Part shown: piece after piece, positions 20,697 through 40,054 of the stretch
Layout of the letters: the number at the start of each line of letters is the position of its first letter
Position numbering within the stretch: position 1 is the stretch's first letter
Source of the DNA: the human T2T-CHM13v2.0 reference genome, Homo sapiens
Assembly: GCF_009914755.1 (NCBI RefSeq)
Contig: NC_060948.1
Direction: 5' to 3' (one strand)
DNA: 64,000 nucleotides
The notes under the pieces: generated by a model
Told to the model about the DNA's origin: nothing
The model's input: only the letters and a program-made list of their open reading frames with translations
Database searches by the model: none
Translations under genes and position numbers: made by a program

Positions 20697-22824
20697 AGAT
20701 CCATATTTTTTAAATGAAAAAAAATTTCAAAGGTACTCTGCTTGGTACAATAATCAAATGTATAAACTGAGGAATAAAACATAACCATGAAACCTACTTA
20801 TAACTGCATATGGAAAATACAGAGGATAATTTTTTAAATAACATATTTTGAAAGCCTTAACTAGTAATTTGAAGAGTTGGCATTTGAAAGGCCAGTATGA
20901 ATAAACCTTCAAAGCAGCAACACAGGTTCCCCATGAGAAAAAACAAACACAGGGAAAATAAAAACACAAAGGTTCAATCTCTTCTGACCTTTGAAAGACA
21001 CAGCACAGACAGTGGTCCTTAGGACGAAGAGCAGGAGACCCCTAATTCCGTCACCATGGCGATAGGGCATAAACATTGCTGGGTGAGGGCACAATCCACA
21101 TTGTGAGGTCCAACTGCTGCCAGGAAGACAGGAGTGCTTTTACATAGACCGAAAGGTCATTGAAGGCTGAGTTTTGTTTCAAGAACTGAATCCCAAGCCC
21201 ACACGTTATTAGGCTGCGCTTCTTAAAACAAGTTATGAGATGGGAAAAAGGGCACCCACAAACATACGTATACATTATGTATATAATAATATACTGTATC
21301 ATATATATAATATATATAACCTATGTATAATATTGTTTTACATCCTGCATCTTATGTTATATATATTGTATAAAATATAATAATTGATAATATATAAGTT
21401 TTATAATTATACAATATGACATATAGTATATATTATAATTTATGACATATATAATATATGTTATATATCATATATAGAATATATTATACGGTTAATATAC
21501 GTATTAAATATAAATTATACCTTATATATATTATATATAATATATCTGTTATATATAATACCCATTATGCATAATATATATATTATGTCTATGTTATATA
21601 TAGTATAAAACAACATATTATAATATATAATTGTATATATAAAATGCGACATATAATATATATTATATTTTATAACATATGTAATATATATTATATATTA
21701 TATATAATACGTTGTATGTATAATACCTATATTAAATATATATTATATGACTATGTTATTAATTACATGTCACATGTGTTATATATTATATATTTTACAT
21801 AGAATATACCGGTTACATACAATATATACTATGTTACCTATAATGTATAATTTATTACATGTAAAATAAAGAATGCAATATATTATGTATAATTTATAAT
21901 ATACAATATGTGGAATGTGACATATGTAACATATAATATATGATATATGATATACAGTATATGATATATAACATACAATATATGATTCCTAATATATATG
22001 GTATACAATATATATTTTATGATATGTATTCTATATGTTTTATATTCTGTTATATATAACTATTTGAAATTATATATAACTGTATAATATTTTATGTAAA
22101 TATGTAATATAATATATATAACTATATAATATATTATATATAACTATATATTATGTTATATATACTTTTATAACATAATTTACATAAAATATCATAATAT
22201 AATATATATTATATTATTTCATATTACATAATATATATTACATATCCCCCAATATAACTAACATACATAATATTATAATATAGATTATATTATGTTATAT
22301 TAAATATCATATATATCATGTATCATATATTCTATAATATATATTACACATTATATAATATGTATGTTGTCTATTATGTGATATATATAACTCAATATAT
22401 AATTATATTTTTATACATATAACTAGATAAACATGTAATTCTACATATTTTCATTTATAATATGTAGAATTATATAATCATATATAATTATTTATATTCT
22501 ATAAAAAATTTTATCATTATATAAATTATAATATATAAAAATTATAATATGTACTACAAATATATATATATTATATATCATATATGATATAGTACCTTTG
22601 TTATATATCATAATACATATAAATGTGTATTATGTTATCTATAATTATATAATTTCATATATAAGATGTATAATATGTATCATATATTATATATGTTATG
22701 TAATATATATAGTATATATAAGATGACACAGGATAAATATTATATACTATGACATATAAAATATATGAGGTTATATGTTACATATAAGGCATAGCACATA
22801 ACATGTAATATATATCATATATAA

Positions 22825-23116
22825 TTTTTTTTTAGACAGAATCTTGTCCTGTTGCACAGGGTGGGGTACAATGGCGCCATCTTTGCTCACTGCAACTTCT
22901 GCCTCACGGGTCCAAGCGATTGTCCTCCCTCAGACTCCCAGGTAGCTGGGACTACACCACACTGGGACTACACCAGCTGCCACCATGCCTAGCTAATTTT
23001 TTGGATTTTTAGTAGTGACAGCGTTTCACTGTATTGGCCAGGATGGTCTTGATCTCTTCACCTTGTGATCCCCTTGCCTTGGCCTCCAAATTTGCTGGGA
23101 TTACAGGCCTGAGCCA
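22825..23116 (-). mobile_element. Diverged Alu, unit 10
   Basis: Copy of the unit-1 Alu. Confidence 0.93.
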
Positions 23117-25223
23117 AGATCCATATTTTGTAAATGAAAAAAAATTTCAAAGGTACTCTGCTTGGTACAATAATCAAATGTATAAACTGAGGAATAAAAC
23201 ATAACCATGAAACCTACTTATAACTGCATATGGAAAATACAGAGGATAATTTTTTAAATAACATATTTTGAAAGCCTTAACTAGTAATTTGAAGAGTTGG
23301 CATTTGAAAGGCCAGTATGAATAAACCTTCAAAGCAGCAACACAGGTTCCCCATGAGAAAAAGCAAACACAGGGAAAATAAAAACACAAAGGTTCAATCT
23401 CTTCTGACCTTTGAAAGACACAGCACAGACAGTGGTCCTTAGGACGAAGAGCAGGAGACCCCTAATTCCGTCACCATGGCGATAGGGCATAAACATTGCT
23501 GGGTGAGGGCACAATCCACATTGTGAGGTCCAACTGCTGCCAGGAAGACAGGAGTGCTTTTACATAGACCGAAAGGTCATTGAAGGCTCAGAGTTTTGTT
23601 TCAAGAACTGAATCCCAAGCCCACACGTTATTAGGCTGCGCTTCTTAAAACAAGTTATGAGATGGGAAAAAGGGCACCCACAAACATACGTATACATTAT
23701 GTATATAATAATATACTGTATCATATATATAATATATATAACCTATGTATAATATTGTTTTACATCCTGCATCTTATGTTATATATATTGTATAAAATAT
23801 AATAATTGATAATATATAAGTTTTATAATTATACAATATGACATATAGTATATATTATAATTTATGACATATATAATATATGTTATATATCATATATAGA
23901 ATATATTATACGGTTAATATACGTATTAAATATAAATTATACCTTATATATATTATATATAATATATCTGTTATATATAATACCCATTATGCATAATATA
24001 TATATTATGTCTATGTTATATATAGTATAAAACAACATATTATAATATATAATTGTATATATAAAATGCGACATATAATATATATTATATTTTATAACAT
24101 ATGTAATATATATTATATATTATATATAATACGTTGTATGTATAATACCTATATTAAATATATATTATATGACTATGTTATTAATTACATGTCACATGTG
24201 TTATATATTATATATTTTACATAGAATATACCGGTTACATACAATATATACTATGTTACCTATAATGTATAATTTATTACATGTAAAATAAAGAATGCAA
24301 TATATTATGTATAATTTATAATATACAATATGTGGAATGTGACATATGTAACATATAATATATGATATATGATATACAGTATATGATATATAACATACAA
24401 TATATGATTCCTAATATATATGTTATACAATATATATTTTATGATATGTATTCTATATGTTTTATATTCTGTTATATATAACTATTTGAAATTATATATA
24501 ACTGTATAATATTTTATGTAAATATGTAATATAATATATATAACTATATAATATATTATATATAACTATATATTATGTTATATATACTTTTATAACATAA
24601 TTTACATAAAATATCATAATATAATATATATTATATTATTTCATATTACATAATATATATTACATATCACCCAATATAACTAACATACATAATATTATAA
24701 TATAGATTATATTATGTTATATTAAATATCATATATATCATGTATCATATATTCTATAATATATATTACACATTATATAATATGTATGTTGTCTATTATG
24801 TGATATATATAACTCAATATATAATTATATTTTTATACATATAACTAGATAAACATGTAATTCTACATATTTTCATTTATAATATGTAGAATTATATAAT
24901 CATATATAATTATTTATATTCTATAAAAAATTTTATCATTATATAAATTATAATATATAAAAATTATAATATGTACTACAAATATATATATATTATATAT
25001 CATATATGATATAGTACCTTTGTTATATATCATAATACATATAAATGTGTATTATGTTATCTATAATTATATAATTTCATATATAAGATGTATAATATGT
25101 ATCATATATTATATATGTTATGTAATATATATAGTATATATAAGATGACACAGGATAAATATTATATACTATGACATATAAAATATATGAGGTTATATGT
25201 TACATATAAGGCATAGCACATAA

Positions 25224-25538
<315 letters not shown>

Positions 25539-27638
25539 AGATCCATATTTTGTAAATGAAAAAAAATTTCAAAGTTACTCTGCTTGGTACAATAATCAAA
25601 TGTATAAACTGAGGAATAAAACATAACCATGAAACCTACTTATAACTGCATATGGAAAATACAGAGGATAATTTTTTAAATAACATATTTTGAAAGCCTT
25701 AACTAGTAATTTGAAGAGTTGGCACTTGAAAGGCCAGTATGAATAAACCTTCAAAGCAGCAACACAGGTTCCCCATGAGAAAAAGCAAACACAGGGAAAA
25801 TAAAAACACAAAGGTTCAATCTCTTCTGACCTTTGAAAGACACAGCACAGACAATGGTCCTTAGGACGAAGAGCAGGAGACCCCTAATTCCGTCACCATG
25901 GCGATAGGGCATAAACATTGCTGGGTGAGGGCACAATCCACATTGTGAGGTCCAACTGCTGCCAGGAAGACAGGAGTGCTTTTACATAGACCGAAAGGTC
26001 ATTGAAGGCTCAGAGTTTTGTTTCAAGAACTGAATCCCAAGCCCACACGTTATTAGGCTGCGCTTCTTAAAACAAGTTATGAGATGGGAAAAAGGGCACC
26101 CACAAACATACGTATACATTATGTATATAATAATATACAGTATCATATATATAATATATATAACCTATGTATAATATTGTTTTACATCCTGCATCTTATG
26201 TTATATATATTGTATAAAATATAATAATTGATAATATATAAGTTTTATAATTATACAATATGACATATAGTATATATTATAATTTATGACATATATAATA
26301 TATGTTATATATCATATATAGAATATATTATACGGTTAATATACGTATTAAATATAAATTATACATTATATATATTATATATAATATATCTGTTATATAT
26401 AATACCCATTATGCATAATATATATATTATGTCTATGTTATATATAGTATAAAACAACATATAATAATATATAATTGTATATATAAAATGCGACATATAA
26501 TATATATTATATTTTATAACATATGTAATATATATTATATATAATACGTTGTATGTATAATACCTATATTAAATATATATTATATGACTATGTTATTAAT
26601 TACATGTCACATGTGTTATATATTATATATTTTACATAGAATATACCGGTTACATACAATATATACTATGTTACCTATAATGTATAATTTATTACATGTA
26701 AAATAAAGAATGCAATATATTATGTATAATTTATAATATACAATATGTGGAATGTGACATATGTAACATATAATATATGATATATGATATACAGTATATG
26801 ATATATAACATACAATATATGATTCCTAATATATACGGTATACAATATATATTTTATGATATGTATTCTATATGTTTTATATTCTGTTATATATAACTAT
26901 TTGAAATTATATATAACTGTATAATATTTTATGTAAATATGTAATATAATATATATAACTATATAATATATTATATATAACTATATATTATGTTATATAT
27001 ACTTTTATAACATAATTTACATAAAATATCATAATATAATATATATTATATTATTTCATATTACATAATATATATTACATATCACCCAATATAACTAACA
27101 TACATAATATTATAATATAGATTATATTATGTTATATTAAATATCATATATATCATGTATCATATATTCTATAATATATATTACACATTATATAATATGT
27201 ATGTTGTCTATTATGTGATATATATAACTCAATATATAATTATATTTTTATACATATAACTAGATAAACATGTAATTCTACATATTTTCATTTATAATAT
27301 GTAGAATTATATAATCATATATAATTATTTATATTCTATAAAAAATTTTATCATTATATAAATTATAATATATAAAAATTATAATATGTACTACAAATAT
27401 ATATATATTATATATCATATATGATATAGTACCTTTGTTATATATCATAATACATATAAATGTGTATTATGTTATCTATAATTATATAATTTCATATATA
27501 AGATGTATAATATGTATCATATATTATATATGTTATGTAATATATATAGTATATATAAGATGACACAGGATAAATATTATATACTATGACATATAAAATA
27601 TATGAGGTTATATGTTACATATAAGGCATAGCACATAA

Positions 27639-27953
<315 letters not shown>

Positions 27954-30083
27954 AGATCCATATTTTGTAAATGAAAAAAAATTTCAAAGGTACTCTGCTT
28001 GGTACAATAATCAAATGTATAAACTGAGGAATAAAACATAACCATGAAACCTACTTATAACTGCATATGGAAAATACAGAGGATAATTTTTTAAATAACA
28101 TATTTTGAAAGCCTTAACTAGTAATTTGAAGAGTTGGCATTTGAAAGGCCAGTATGAATAAACCTTCAAAGCAGCAACACAGGTTCCCCATGAGAAAAAG
28201 CAAACACAGGGAAAATAAAAACACAAAGGTTCAATCTCTTCTGACCTTTGAAAGACACAGCACAGACAGTGGTCCTTAGGACGAAGAGCAGGAGACCCCT
28301 AATTCCGTCACCATGGCGATAGGGCATAAACATTGCTGGGTGAGGGCACAATCCACATTGTGAGGTCCAACTGCTGCCAGGAAGACAGGAGTGCTTTTAC
28401 ATAGACCGAAAGGTCATTGAAGGCTCAGAGTTTTGTTTCAAGAACTGAATCCCAAGCCCACACGTTATTAGGCTGCGCTTCTTAAAACAAGTTATGAGAT
28501 GGGAAAAAGGGCACCCACAAACATACGTATACATTATGTATATAATAATATACTGTATCATATATATAATATATATAACCTATGTATAATATTGTTTTAC
28601 ATCCTGCATCTTATGTTATATATATTGTATAAAATATAATAATTGATAATATATAAGTTTTATAATTATACAATATGACATATAGTATATATTATAATTT
28701 ATGACATATATAATATATGTTATATATCATATATAGAATATATTATACGGTTAATATACGTATTAAATATAAATTATACCTTATATATATTATATATAAT
28801 ATATCTGTTATATATAATACCCATTATGCATAATATATATATTATGTCTATGTTATATATAGTATAAAACAACATATTATAATATATAATTGTATATATA
28901 AAATGCGACATATAATATATATTATATTTTATAACATATGTAATATATATTATATATTATATATAATACGTTGTATGTATAATACCTATATTAAATATAT
29001 ATTATATGACTATGTTATTAATTACATGTCACATGTGTTATATATTATATATTTTACATAGAATATACCGGTTACATACAATATATACTATGTTACCTAT
29101 AATGTATAATTTATTACATGTAAAATAAAGAATGCAATATATTATGTATAATTTATAATATACAATATGTGGAATGTGACATATGTAACATATAATATAT
29201 GATATATGATATACAGTATATGATATATAACATACAATATATGATTCCTAATATATATGGTATACAATATATATTTTATGATATGTATTCTATATGTTTT
29301 ATATTCTGTTATATATAACTATTTGAAATTATATATAACTGTATAATATTTTATGTAAATATGTAATATAATATATATAACTATATAATATATTATATAT
29401 AACTATATATTATGTTATATATACTTTTATAACATAATTTACATAAAATATCATAATATAATATATATTATATTATTTCATATTACATAATATATATTAC
29501 ATATCCCCCAATATAACTAACATACATAATATTATAATATAGATTATATTATGTTATATTAAATATCATATATATCATGTATCATATATTCTATAATATA
29601 TATTACACATTATATAATATGTATGTTGTCTATTATGTGATATATATAACTCAATATATAATTATATTTTTATACATATAACTAGATAAACATGTAATTC
29701 TACATATTTTCATTTATAATATGTAGAATTATATAATCATATATAATTATTTATATTCTATAAAAAATTTTATCATTATATAAATTATAATATATAAAAA
29801 TTATAATATGTACTACAAATATATATATATTATATATCATATATGATATAGTACCTTTGTTATATATCATAATACATATAAATGTGTATTATGTTATCTA
29901 TAATTATATAATTTCATATATAAGATGTATAATATGTATCATATATTATATATGTTATGTAATATATATAGTATATATAAGATGACACAGGATAAATATT
30001 ATATACTATGACATATAAAATATATGAGGTTATATGTTACATATAAGGCATAGCACATAACATGTAATATATATCATATATAA

Positions 30084-30375
30084 TTTTTTTTTAGACAGAA
30101 TCTTGTCCTGTTGCACAGGGTGGGGTACAATGGCGCCATCTTTGCTCACTGCAACTTCTGCCTCACGGGTCCAAGCGATTGTCCTCCCTCAGACTCCCAG
30201 GTAGCTGGGACTACACCACACTGGGACTACACCAGCTGCCACCATGCCTAGCTAATTTTTTGGATTTTTAGTAGTGACAGCGTTTCACTGTATTGGCCAG
30301 GATGGTCTTGATCTCTTCACCTTGTGATCCCCTTGCCTTGGCCTCCAAATTTGCTGGGATTACAGGCCTGAGCCA
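30084..30375 (-). mobile_element. Diverged Alu, unit 13
   Basis: Copy of the unit-1 Alu. Confidence 0.93.
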
Positions 30376-32482
30376 AGATCCATATTTTGTAAATGAAAAA
30401 AAATTTCAAAGGTACTCTGCTTGGTACAATAATCAAATGTATAAACTGAGGAATAAAACATAACCATGAAACCTACTTATAACTGCATATGGAAAATACA
30501 GAGGATAATTTTTTAAATAACATATTTTGAAAGCCTTAACTAGTAATTTGAAGAGTTGGCATTTGAAAGGCCAGTATGAATAAACCTTCAAAGCAGCAAC
30601 ACAGGTTCCCCATGAGAAAAAGCAAACACAGGGAAAATAAAAACACAAAGGTTCAATCTCTTCTGACCTTTGAAAGACACAGCACAGACAGTGGTCCTTA
30701 GGACGAAGAGCAGGAGACCCCTAATTCCGTCACCATGGCGATAGGGCATAAACATTGCTGGGTGAGGGCACAATCCACATTGTGAGGTCCAACTGCTGCC
30801 AGGAAGACAGGAGTGCTTTTACATAGACCGAAAGGTCATTGAAGGCTCAGAGTTTTGTTTCAAGAACTGAATCCCAAGCCCACACGTTATTAGGCTGCGC
30901 TTCTTAAAACAAGTTATGAGATGGGAAAAAGGGCACCCACAAACATACGTATACATTATGTATATAATAATATACTGTATCATATATATAATATATATAA
31001 CCTATGTATAATATTGTTTTACATCCTGCATCTTATGTTATATATATTGTATAAAATATAATAATTGATAATATATAAGTTTTATAATTATACAATATGA
31101 CATATAGTATATATTATAATTTATGACATATATAATATATGTTATATATCATATATAGAATATATTATACGGTTAATATACGTATTAAATATAAATTATA
31201 CCTTATATATATTATATATAATATATCTGTTATATATAATACCCATTATGCATAATATATATATTATGTCTATGTTATATATAGTATAAAACAACATATT
31301 ATAATATATAATTGTATATATAAAATGCGACATATAATATATATTATATTTTATAACATATGTAATATATATTATATATTATATATAATACGTTGTATGT
31401 ATAATACCTATATTAAATATATATTATATGACTATGTTATTAATTACATGTCACATGTGTTATATATTATATATTTTACATAGAATATACCGGTTACATA
31501 CAATATATACTATGTTACCTATAATGTATAATTTATTACATGTAAAATAAAGAATGCAATATATTATGTATAATTTATAATATACAATATGTGGAATGTG
31601 ACATATGTAACATATAATATATGATATATGATATACAGTATATGATATATAACATACAATATATGATTCCTAATATATATGTTATACAATATATATTTTA
31701 TGATATGTATTCTATATGTTTTATATTCTGTTATATATAACTATTTGAAATTATATATAACTGTATAATATTTTATGTAAATATGTAATATAATATATAT
31801 AACTATATAATATATTATATATAACTATATATTATGTTATATATACTTTTATAACATAATTTACATAAAATATCATAATATAATATATATTATATTATTT
31901 CATATTACATAATATATATTACATATCACCCAATATAACTAACATACATAATATTATAATATAGATTATATTATGTTATATTAAATATCATATATATCAT
32001 GTATCATATATTCTATAATATATATTACACATTATATAATATGTATGTTGTCTATTATGTGATATATATAACTCAATATATAATTATATTTTTATACATA
32101 TAACTAGATAAACATGTAATTCTACATATTTTCATTTATAATATGTAGAATTATATAATCATATATAATTATTTATATTCTATAAAAAATTTTATCATTA
32201 TATAAATTATAATATATAAAAATTATAATATGTACTACAAATATATATATATTATATATCATATATGATATAGTACCTTTGTTATATATCATAATACATA
32301 TAAATGTGTATTATGTTATCTATAATTATATAATTTCATATATAAGATGTATAATATGTATCATATATTATATATGTTATGTAATATATATAGTATATAT
32401 AAGATGACACAGGATAAATATTATATACTATGACATATAAAATATATGAGGTTATATGTTACATATAAGGCATAGCACATAA

Positions 32483-32797
<315 letters not shown>

Positions 32798-34897
32798 AGA
32801 TCCATATTTTGTAAATGAAAAAAAATTTCAAAGTTACTCTGCTTGGTACAATAATCAAATGTATAAACTGAGGAATAAAACATAACCATGAAACCTACTT
32901 ATAACTGCATATGGAAAATACAGAGGATAATTTTTTAAATAACATATTTTGAAAGCCTTAACTAGTAATTTGAAGAGTTGGCATTTGAAAGGCCAGTATG
33001 AATAAACCTTCAAAGCAGCAACACAGGTTCCCCATGAGAAAAAGCAAACACAGGGAAAATAAAAACACAAAGGTTCAATCTCTTCTGACCTTTGAAAGAC
33101 ACAGCACAGACAATGGTCCTTAGGACGAAGAGCAGGAGACCCCTAATTCCGTCACCATGGCGATAAGGCATAAACATTGCTGGGTGAGGGCACAATCCAC
33201 ATTGTGAGGTCCAACTGCTGCCAGGAAGACAGGAGTGCTTTTACATAGACCGAAAGGTCATTGAAGGCTCAGAGTTTTGTTTCAAGAACTGAATCCCAAG
33301 CCCACACGTTATTAGGCTGCGCTTCTTAAAACAAGTTATGAGATGGGAAAAAGGGCACCCACAAACATACGTATACATTATGTATATAATAATATACAGT
33401 ATCATATATATAATATATATAACCTATGTATAATATTGTTTTACATCCTGCATCTTATGTTATATATATTGTATAAAATATAATAATTGATAATATATAA
33501 GTTTTATAATTATACAATATGACATATAGTATATATTATAATTTATGACATATATAATATATGTTATATATCATATATAGAATATATTATACGGTTAATA
33601 TACGTATTAAATATAAATTATACCTTATATATATTATATATAATATATCTGTTATATATAATACCCATTATGCATAATATATATATTATGTCTATGTTAT
33701 ATATAGTATAAAACAACATATAATAATATATAATTGTATATATAAAATGCGACATATAATATATATTATATTTTATAACATATGTAATATATATTATATA
33801 TAATACGTTGTATGTATAATACCTATATTAAATATATATTATATGACTATGTTATTAATTACATGTCACATGTGTTATATATTATATATTTTACATAGAA
33901 TATACCGGTTACATACAATATATACTATGTTACCTATAATGTATAATTTATTACATGTAAAATAAAGAATGCAATATATTATGTATAATTTATAATATAC
34001 AATATGTGGAATGTGACATATGTAACATATAATATATGATATATGATATACAGTATATGATATATAACATACAATATATGATTCCTAATATATACGGTAT
34101 ACAATATATATTTTATGATATGTATTCTATATGTTTTATATTCTGTTATATATAACTATTTGAAATTATATATAACTGTATAATATTTTATGTAAATATG
34201 TAATATAATATATATAACTATATAATATATTATATATAACTATATATTATGTTATATATACTTTTATAACATAATTTACATAAAATATCATAATATAATA
34301 TATATTATATTATTTCATATTACATAATATATATTACATATCACCCAATATAACTAACATACATAATATTATAATATAGATTATATTATGTTATATTAAA
34401 TATCATATATATCATGTATCATATATTCTATAATATATATTACACATTATATAATATGTATGTTGTCTATTATGTGATATATATAACTCAATATATAATT
34501 ATATTTTTATACATATAACTAGATAAACATGTAATTCTACATATTTTCATTTATAATATGTAGAATTATATAATCATATATAATTATTTATATTCTATAA
34601 AAAATTTTATCATTATATAAATTATAATATATAAAAATTATAATATGTACTACAAATATATATATATTATATATCATATATGATATAGTACCTTTGTTAT
34701 ATATCATAATACATATAAATGTGTATTATGTTATCTATAATTATATAATTTCATATATAAGATGTATAATATGTATCATATATTATATATGTTATGTAAT
34801 ATATATAGTATATATAAGATGACACAGGATAAATATTATATACTATGACATATAAAATATATGAGGTTATATGTTACATATAAGGCATAGCACATAA

Positions 34898-35212
<315 letters not shown>

Positions 35213-37319
35213 AGATCCATATTTTGTAAATGAAAAAAAATTTCAAAGGTACTCTGCTTGGTACAATAATCAAATGTATAAACTGAGGAATAAAACATAA
35301 CCATGAAACCTACTTATAACTGCATATGGAAAATACAGAGGATAATTTTTTAAATAACATATTTTGAAAGCCTTAACTAGTAATTTGAAGAGTTGGCATT
35401 TGAAAGGCCAGTATGAATAAACCTTCAAAGCAGCAACACAGGTTCCCCATGAGAAAAAGCAAACACAGGGAAAATAAAAACACAAAGGTTCAATCTCTTC
35501 TGACCTTTGAAAGACACAGCACAGACAGTGGTCCTTAGGACGAAGAGCAGGAGACCCCTAATTCCGTCACCATGGCGATAGGGCATAAACATTGCTGGGT
35601 GAGGGCACAATCCACATTGTGAGGTCCAACTGCTGCCAGGAAGACAGGAGTGCTTTTACATAGACCGAAAGGTCATTGAAGGCTCAGAGTTTTGTTTCAA
35701 GAACTGAATCCCAAGCCCACACGTTATTAGGCTGCGCTTCTTAAAACAAGTTATGAGATGGGAAAAAGGGCACCCACAAACATACGTATACATTATGTAT
35801 ATAATAATATACTGTATCATATATATAATATATATAACCTATGTATAATATTGTTTTACATCCTGCATCTTATGTTATATATATTGTATAAAATATAATA
35901 ATTGATAATATATAAGTTTTATAATTATACAATATGACATATAGTATATATTATAATTTATGACATATATAATATATGTTATATATCATATATAGAATAT
36001 ATTATACGGTTAATATACGTATTAAATATAAATTATACCTTATATATATTATATATAATATATCTGTTATATATAATACCCATTATGCATAATATATATA
36101 TTATGTCTATGTTATATATAGTATAAAACAACATATTATAATATATAATTGTATATATAAAATGCAACATATAATATATATTATATTTTATAACATATGT
36201 AATATATATTATATATTATATATAATACGTTGTATGTATAATACCTATATTAAATATATATTATATGACTATGTTATTAATTACATGTCACATGTGTTAT
36301 ATATTATATATTTTACATAGAATATACCGGTTACATACAATATATACTATGTTACCTATAATGTATAATTTATTACATGTAAAATAAAGAATGCAATATA
36401 TTATGTATAATTTATAATATACAATATGTGGAATGTGACATATGTAACATATAATATATGATATATGATATACAGTATATGATATATAACATACAATATA
36501 TGATTCCTAATATATATGGTATACAATATATATTTTATGATATGTATTCTATATGTTTTATATTCTGTTATATATAACTATTTGAAATTATATATAACTG
36601 TATAATATTTTATGTAAATATGTAATATAATATATATAACTATATAATATATTATATATAACTATATATTATGTTATATATACTTTTATAACATAATTTA
36701 CATAAAATATCATAATATAATATATATTATATTATTTCATATTACATAATATATATTACATATCACCCAATATAACTAACATACATAATATTATAATATA
36801 GATTATATTATGTTATATTAAATATCATATATATCATGTATCATATATTCTATAATATATATTACACATTATATAATATGTATGTTGTCTATTATGTGAT
36901 ATATATAACTCAATATATAATTATATTTTTATACATATAACTAGATAAACATGTAATTCTACATATTTTCATTTATAATATGTAGAATTATATAATCATA
37001 TATAATTATTTATATTCTATAAAAAATTTTATCATTATATAAATTATAATATATAAAAATTATAATATGTACTACAAATATATATATATTATATATCATA
37101 TATGATATAGTACCTTTGTTATATATCATAATACATATAAATGTGTATTATGTTATCTATAATTATATAATTTCATATATAAGATGTATAATATGTATCA
37201 TATATTATATATGTTATGTAATATATATAGTATATATAAGATGACACAGGATAAATATTATATACTATGACATATAAAATATATGAGGTTATATGTTACA
37301 TATAAGGCATAGCACATAA

Positions 37320-37634
<315 letters not shown>

Positions 37635-39739
37635 AGATCCATATTTTGTAAATGAAAAAAAATTTCAAAGTTACTCTGCTTGGTACAATAATCAAATGTA
37701 TAAACTGAGGAATAAAACATAACCATGAAACCTACTTATAACTGCATATGGAAAATACAGAGGATAATTTTTTAAATAACATATTTTGAAAGCCTTAACT
37801 AGTAATTTGAAGAGTTGGCATTTGAAAGGCCAGTATGAATAAACCTTCAAAGCAGCAACACAGGTTCCCCATGAGAAAAAGCAAACACAGGGAAAATAAA
37901 AACACAAAGGTTCAATCTCTTCTGACCTTTGAAAGACACAGCACAGACAATGGTCCTTAGGACGAAGAGCAGGAGACCCCTAATTCCGTCACCATGGCGA
38001 TAGGGCATAAACATTGCTGGGTGAGGGCACAATCCACATTGTGAGGTCCAACTGCTGCCAGGAAGACAGGAGTGCTTTTACATAGACCGAAAGGTCATTG
38101 AAGGCTCAGAGTTTTGTTTCAAGAACTGAATCCCAAGCCCACACGTTATTAGGCTGCGCTTCTTAAAACAAGTTATGAGATGGGAAAAAGGGCACCCACA
38201 AACATACGTATACATTATGTATATAATAATATACTGTATCATATATATAATATATATAACCTATGTATAATATTGTTTTACATCCTGCATCTTATGTTAT
38301 ATATATTGTATAAAATATAATAATTGATAATATATAAGTTTTATAATTATACAATATGACATATAGTATATATTATAATTTATGACATATATAATATATG
38401 TTATATATCATATATAGAATATATTATACGGTTAATATACGTATTAAATATAAATTATACCATATATATTATATATAATATATCTGTTATATATAATACC
38501 CATTATGCATAATATATATATTATGTCTATGTTATATATAGTATAAAACAACATATTATAATATATAATTGTATATATAAAATGTGACATATAATATATA
38601 TTATATTTTATAACATATGTAATATATATTATATATTATATATAATACGTTGTATGTATAATACCTATATTAAATATATATTATATGACTATGTTATTAA
38701 TTACATGTCACATGTGTTATATATTATATATTTTACATAGAATATACCGGTTACATACAATATATACTATGTTACCTATAATGTATAATTTATTACATGT
38801 AAAATAAAGAATGCAATATATTATGTATAATTTATAATATACAATATGTGGAATGTGACATATGTAACATATAATATATGATATATGATATACAGTATAT
38901 GATATATAACATACAATATATGATTCCTAATATATATGGTATACAATATATATTTTATGATATGTATTCTATATGTTTTATATTCTGTTATATATAACTA
39001 TTTGAAATTATATATAACTGTATAATATTTTATGTAAATATGTAATATAATATATATAACTATATAATATATTATATATAACTATATATTATGTTATATA
39101 TACTTTTATAACATAATTTACATAAAATATCATAATATAATATATATTATATTATTTCATATTACATAATATATATTACATATCACCCAATATAACTAAC
39201 ATACATAATATTATAATATAGATTATATTATGTTATATTAAATATCATATATATCATGTATCATATATTCTATAATATATATTACACATTATATAATATG
39301 TATGTTGTCTATTATGTGATATATATAACTCAATATATAATTATATTTTTATACATATAACTAGATAAACATGTAATTCTACATATTTTCATTTATAATA
39401 TGTAGAATTATATAATCATATATAATTATTTATATTCTATAAAAAATTTTATCATTATATAAATTATAATATATAAAAATTATAATATGTACTACAAATA
39501 TATATATATTATATATCATATATGATATAGTACCTTTGTTATATATCATAATACATATAAATGTGTATTATGTTATCTATAATTATATAATTTCATATAT
39601 AAGATGTATAATATGTATCATATATTATATATGTTATGTAATATATATAGTATATATAAGATGACACAGGATAAATATTATATACTATGACATATAAAAT
39701 ATATGAGGTTATATGTTACATATAAGGCATAGCACATAA

Positions 39740-40054
<315 letters not shown>

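Noticed and set aside
21051-21302. 83-aa minus-strand ORF
   Set aside because: Created by a private 2-bp deletion in unit 9; chance frame fusion.
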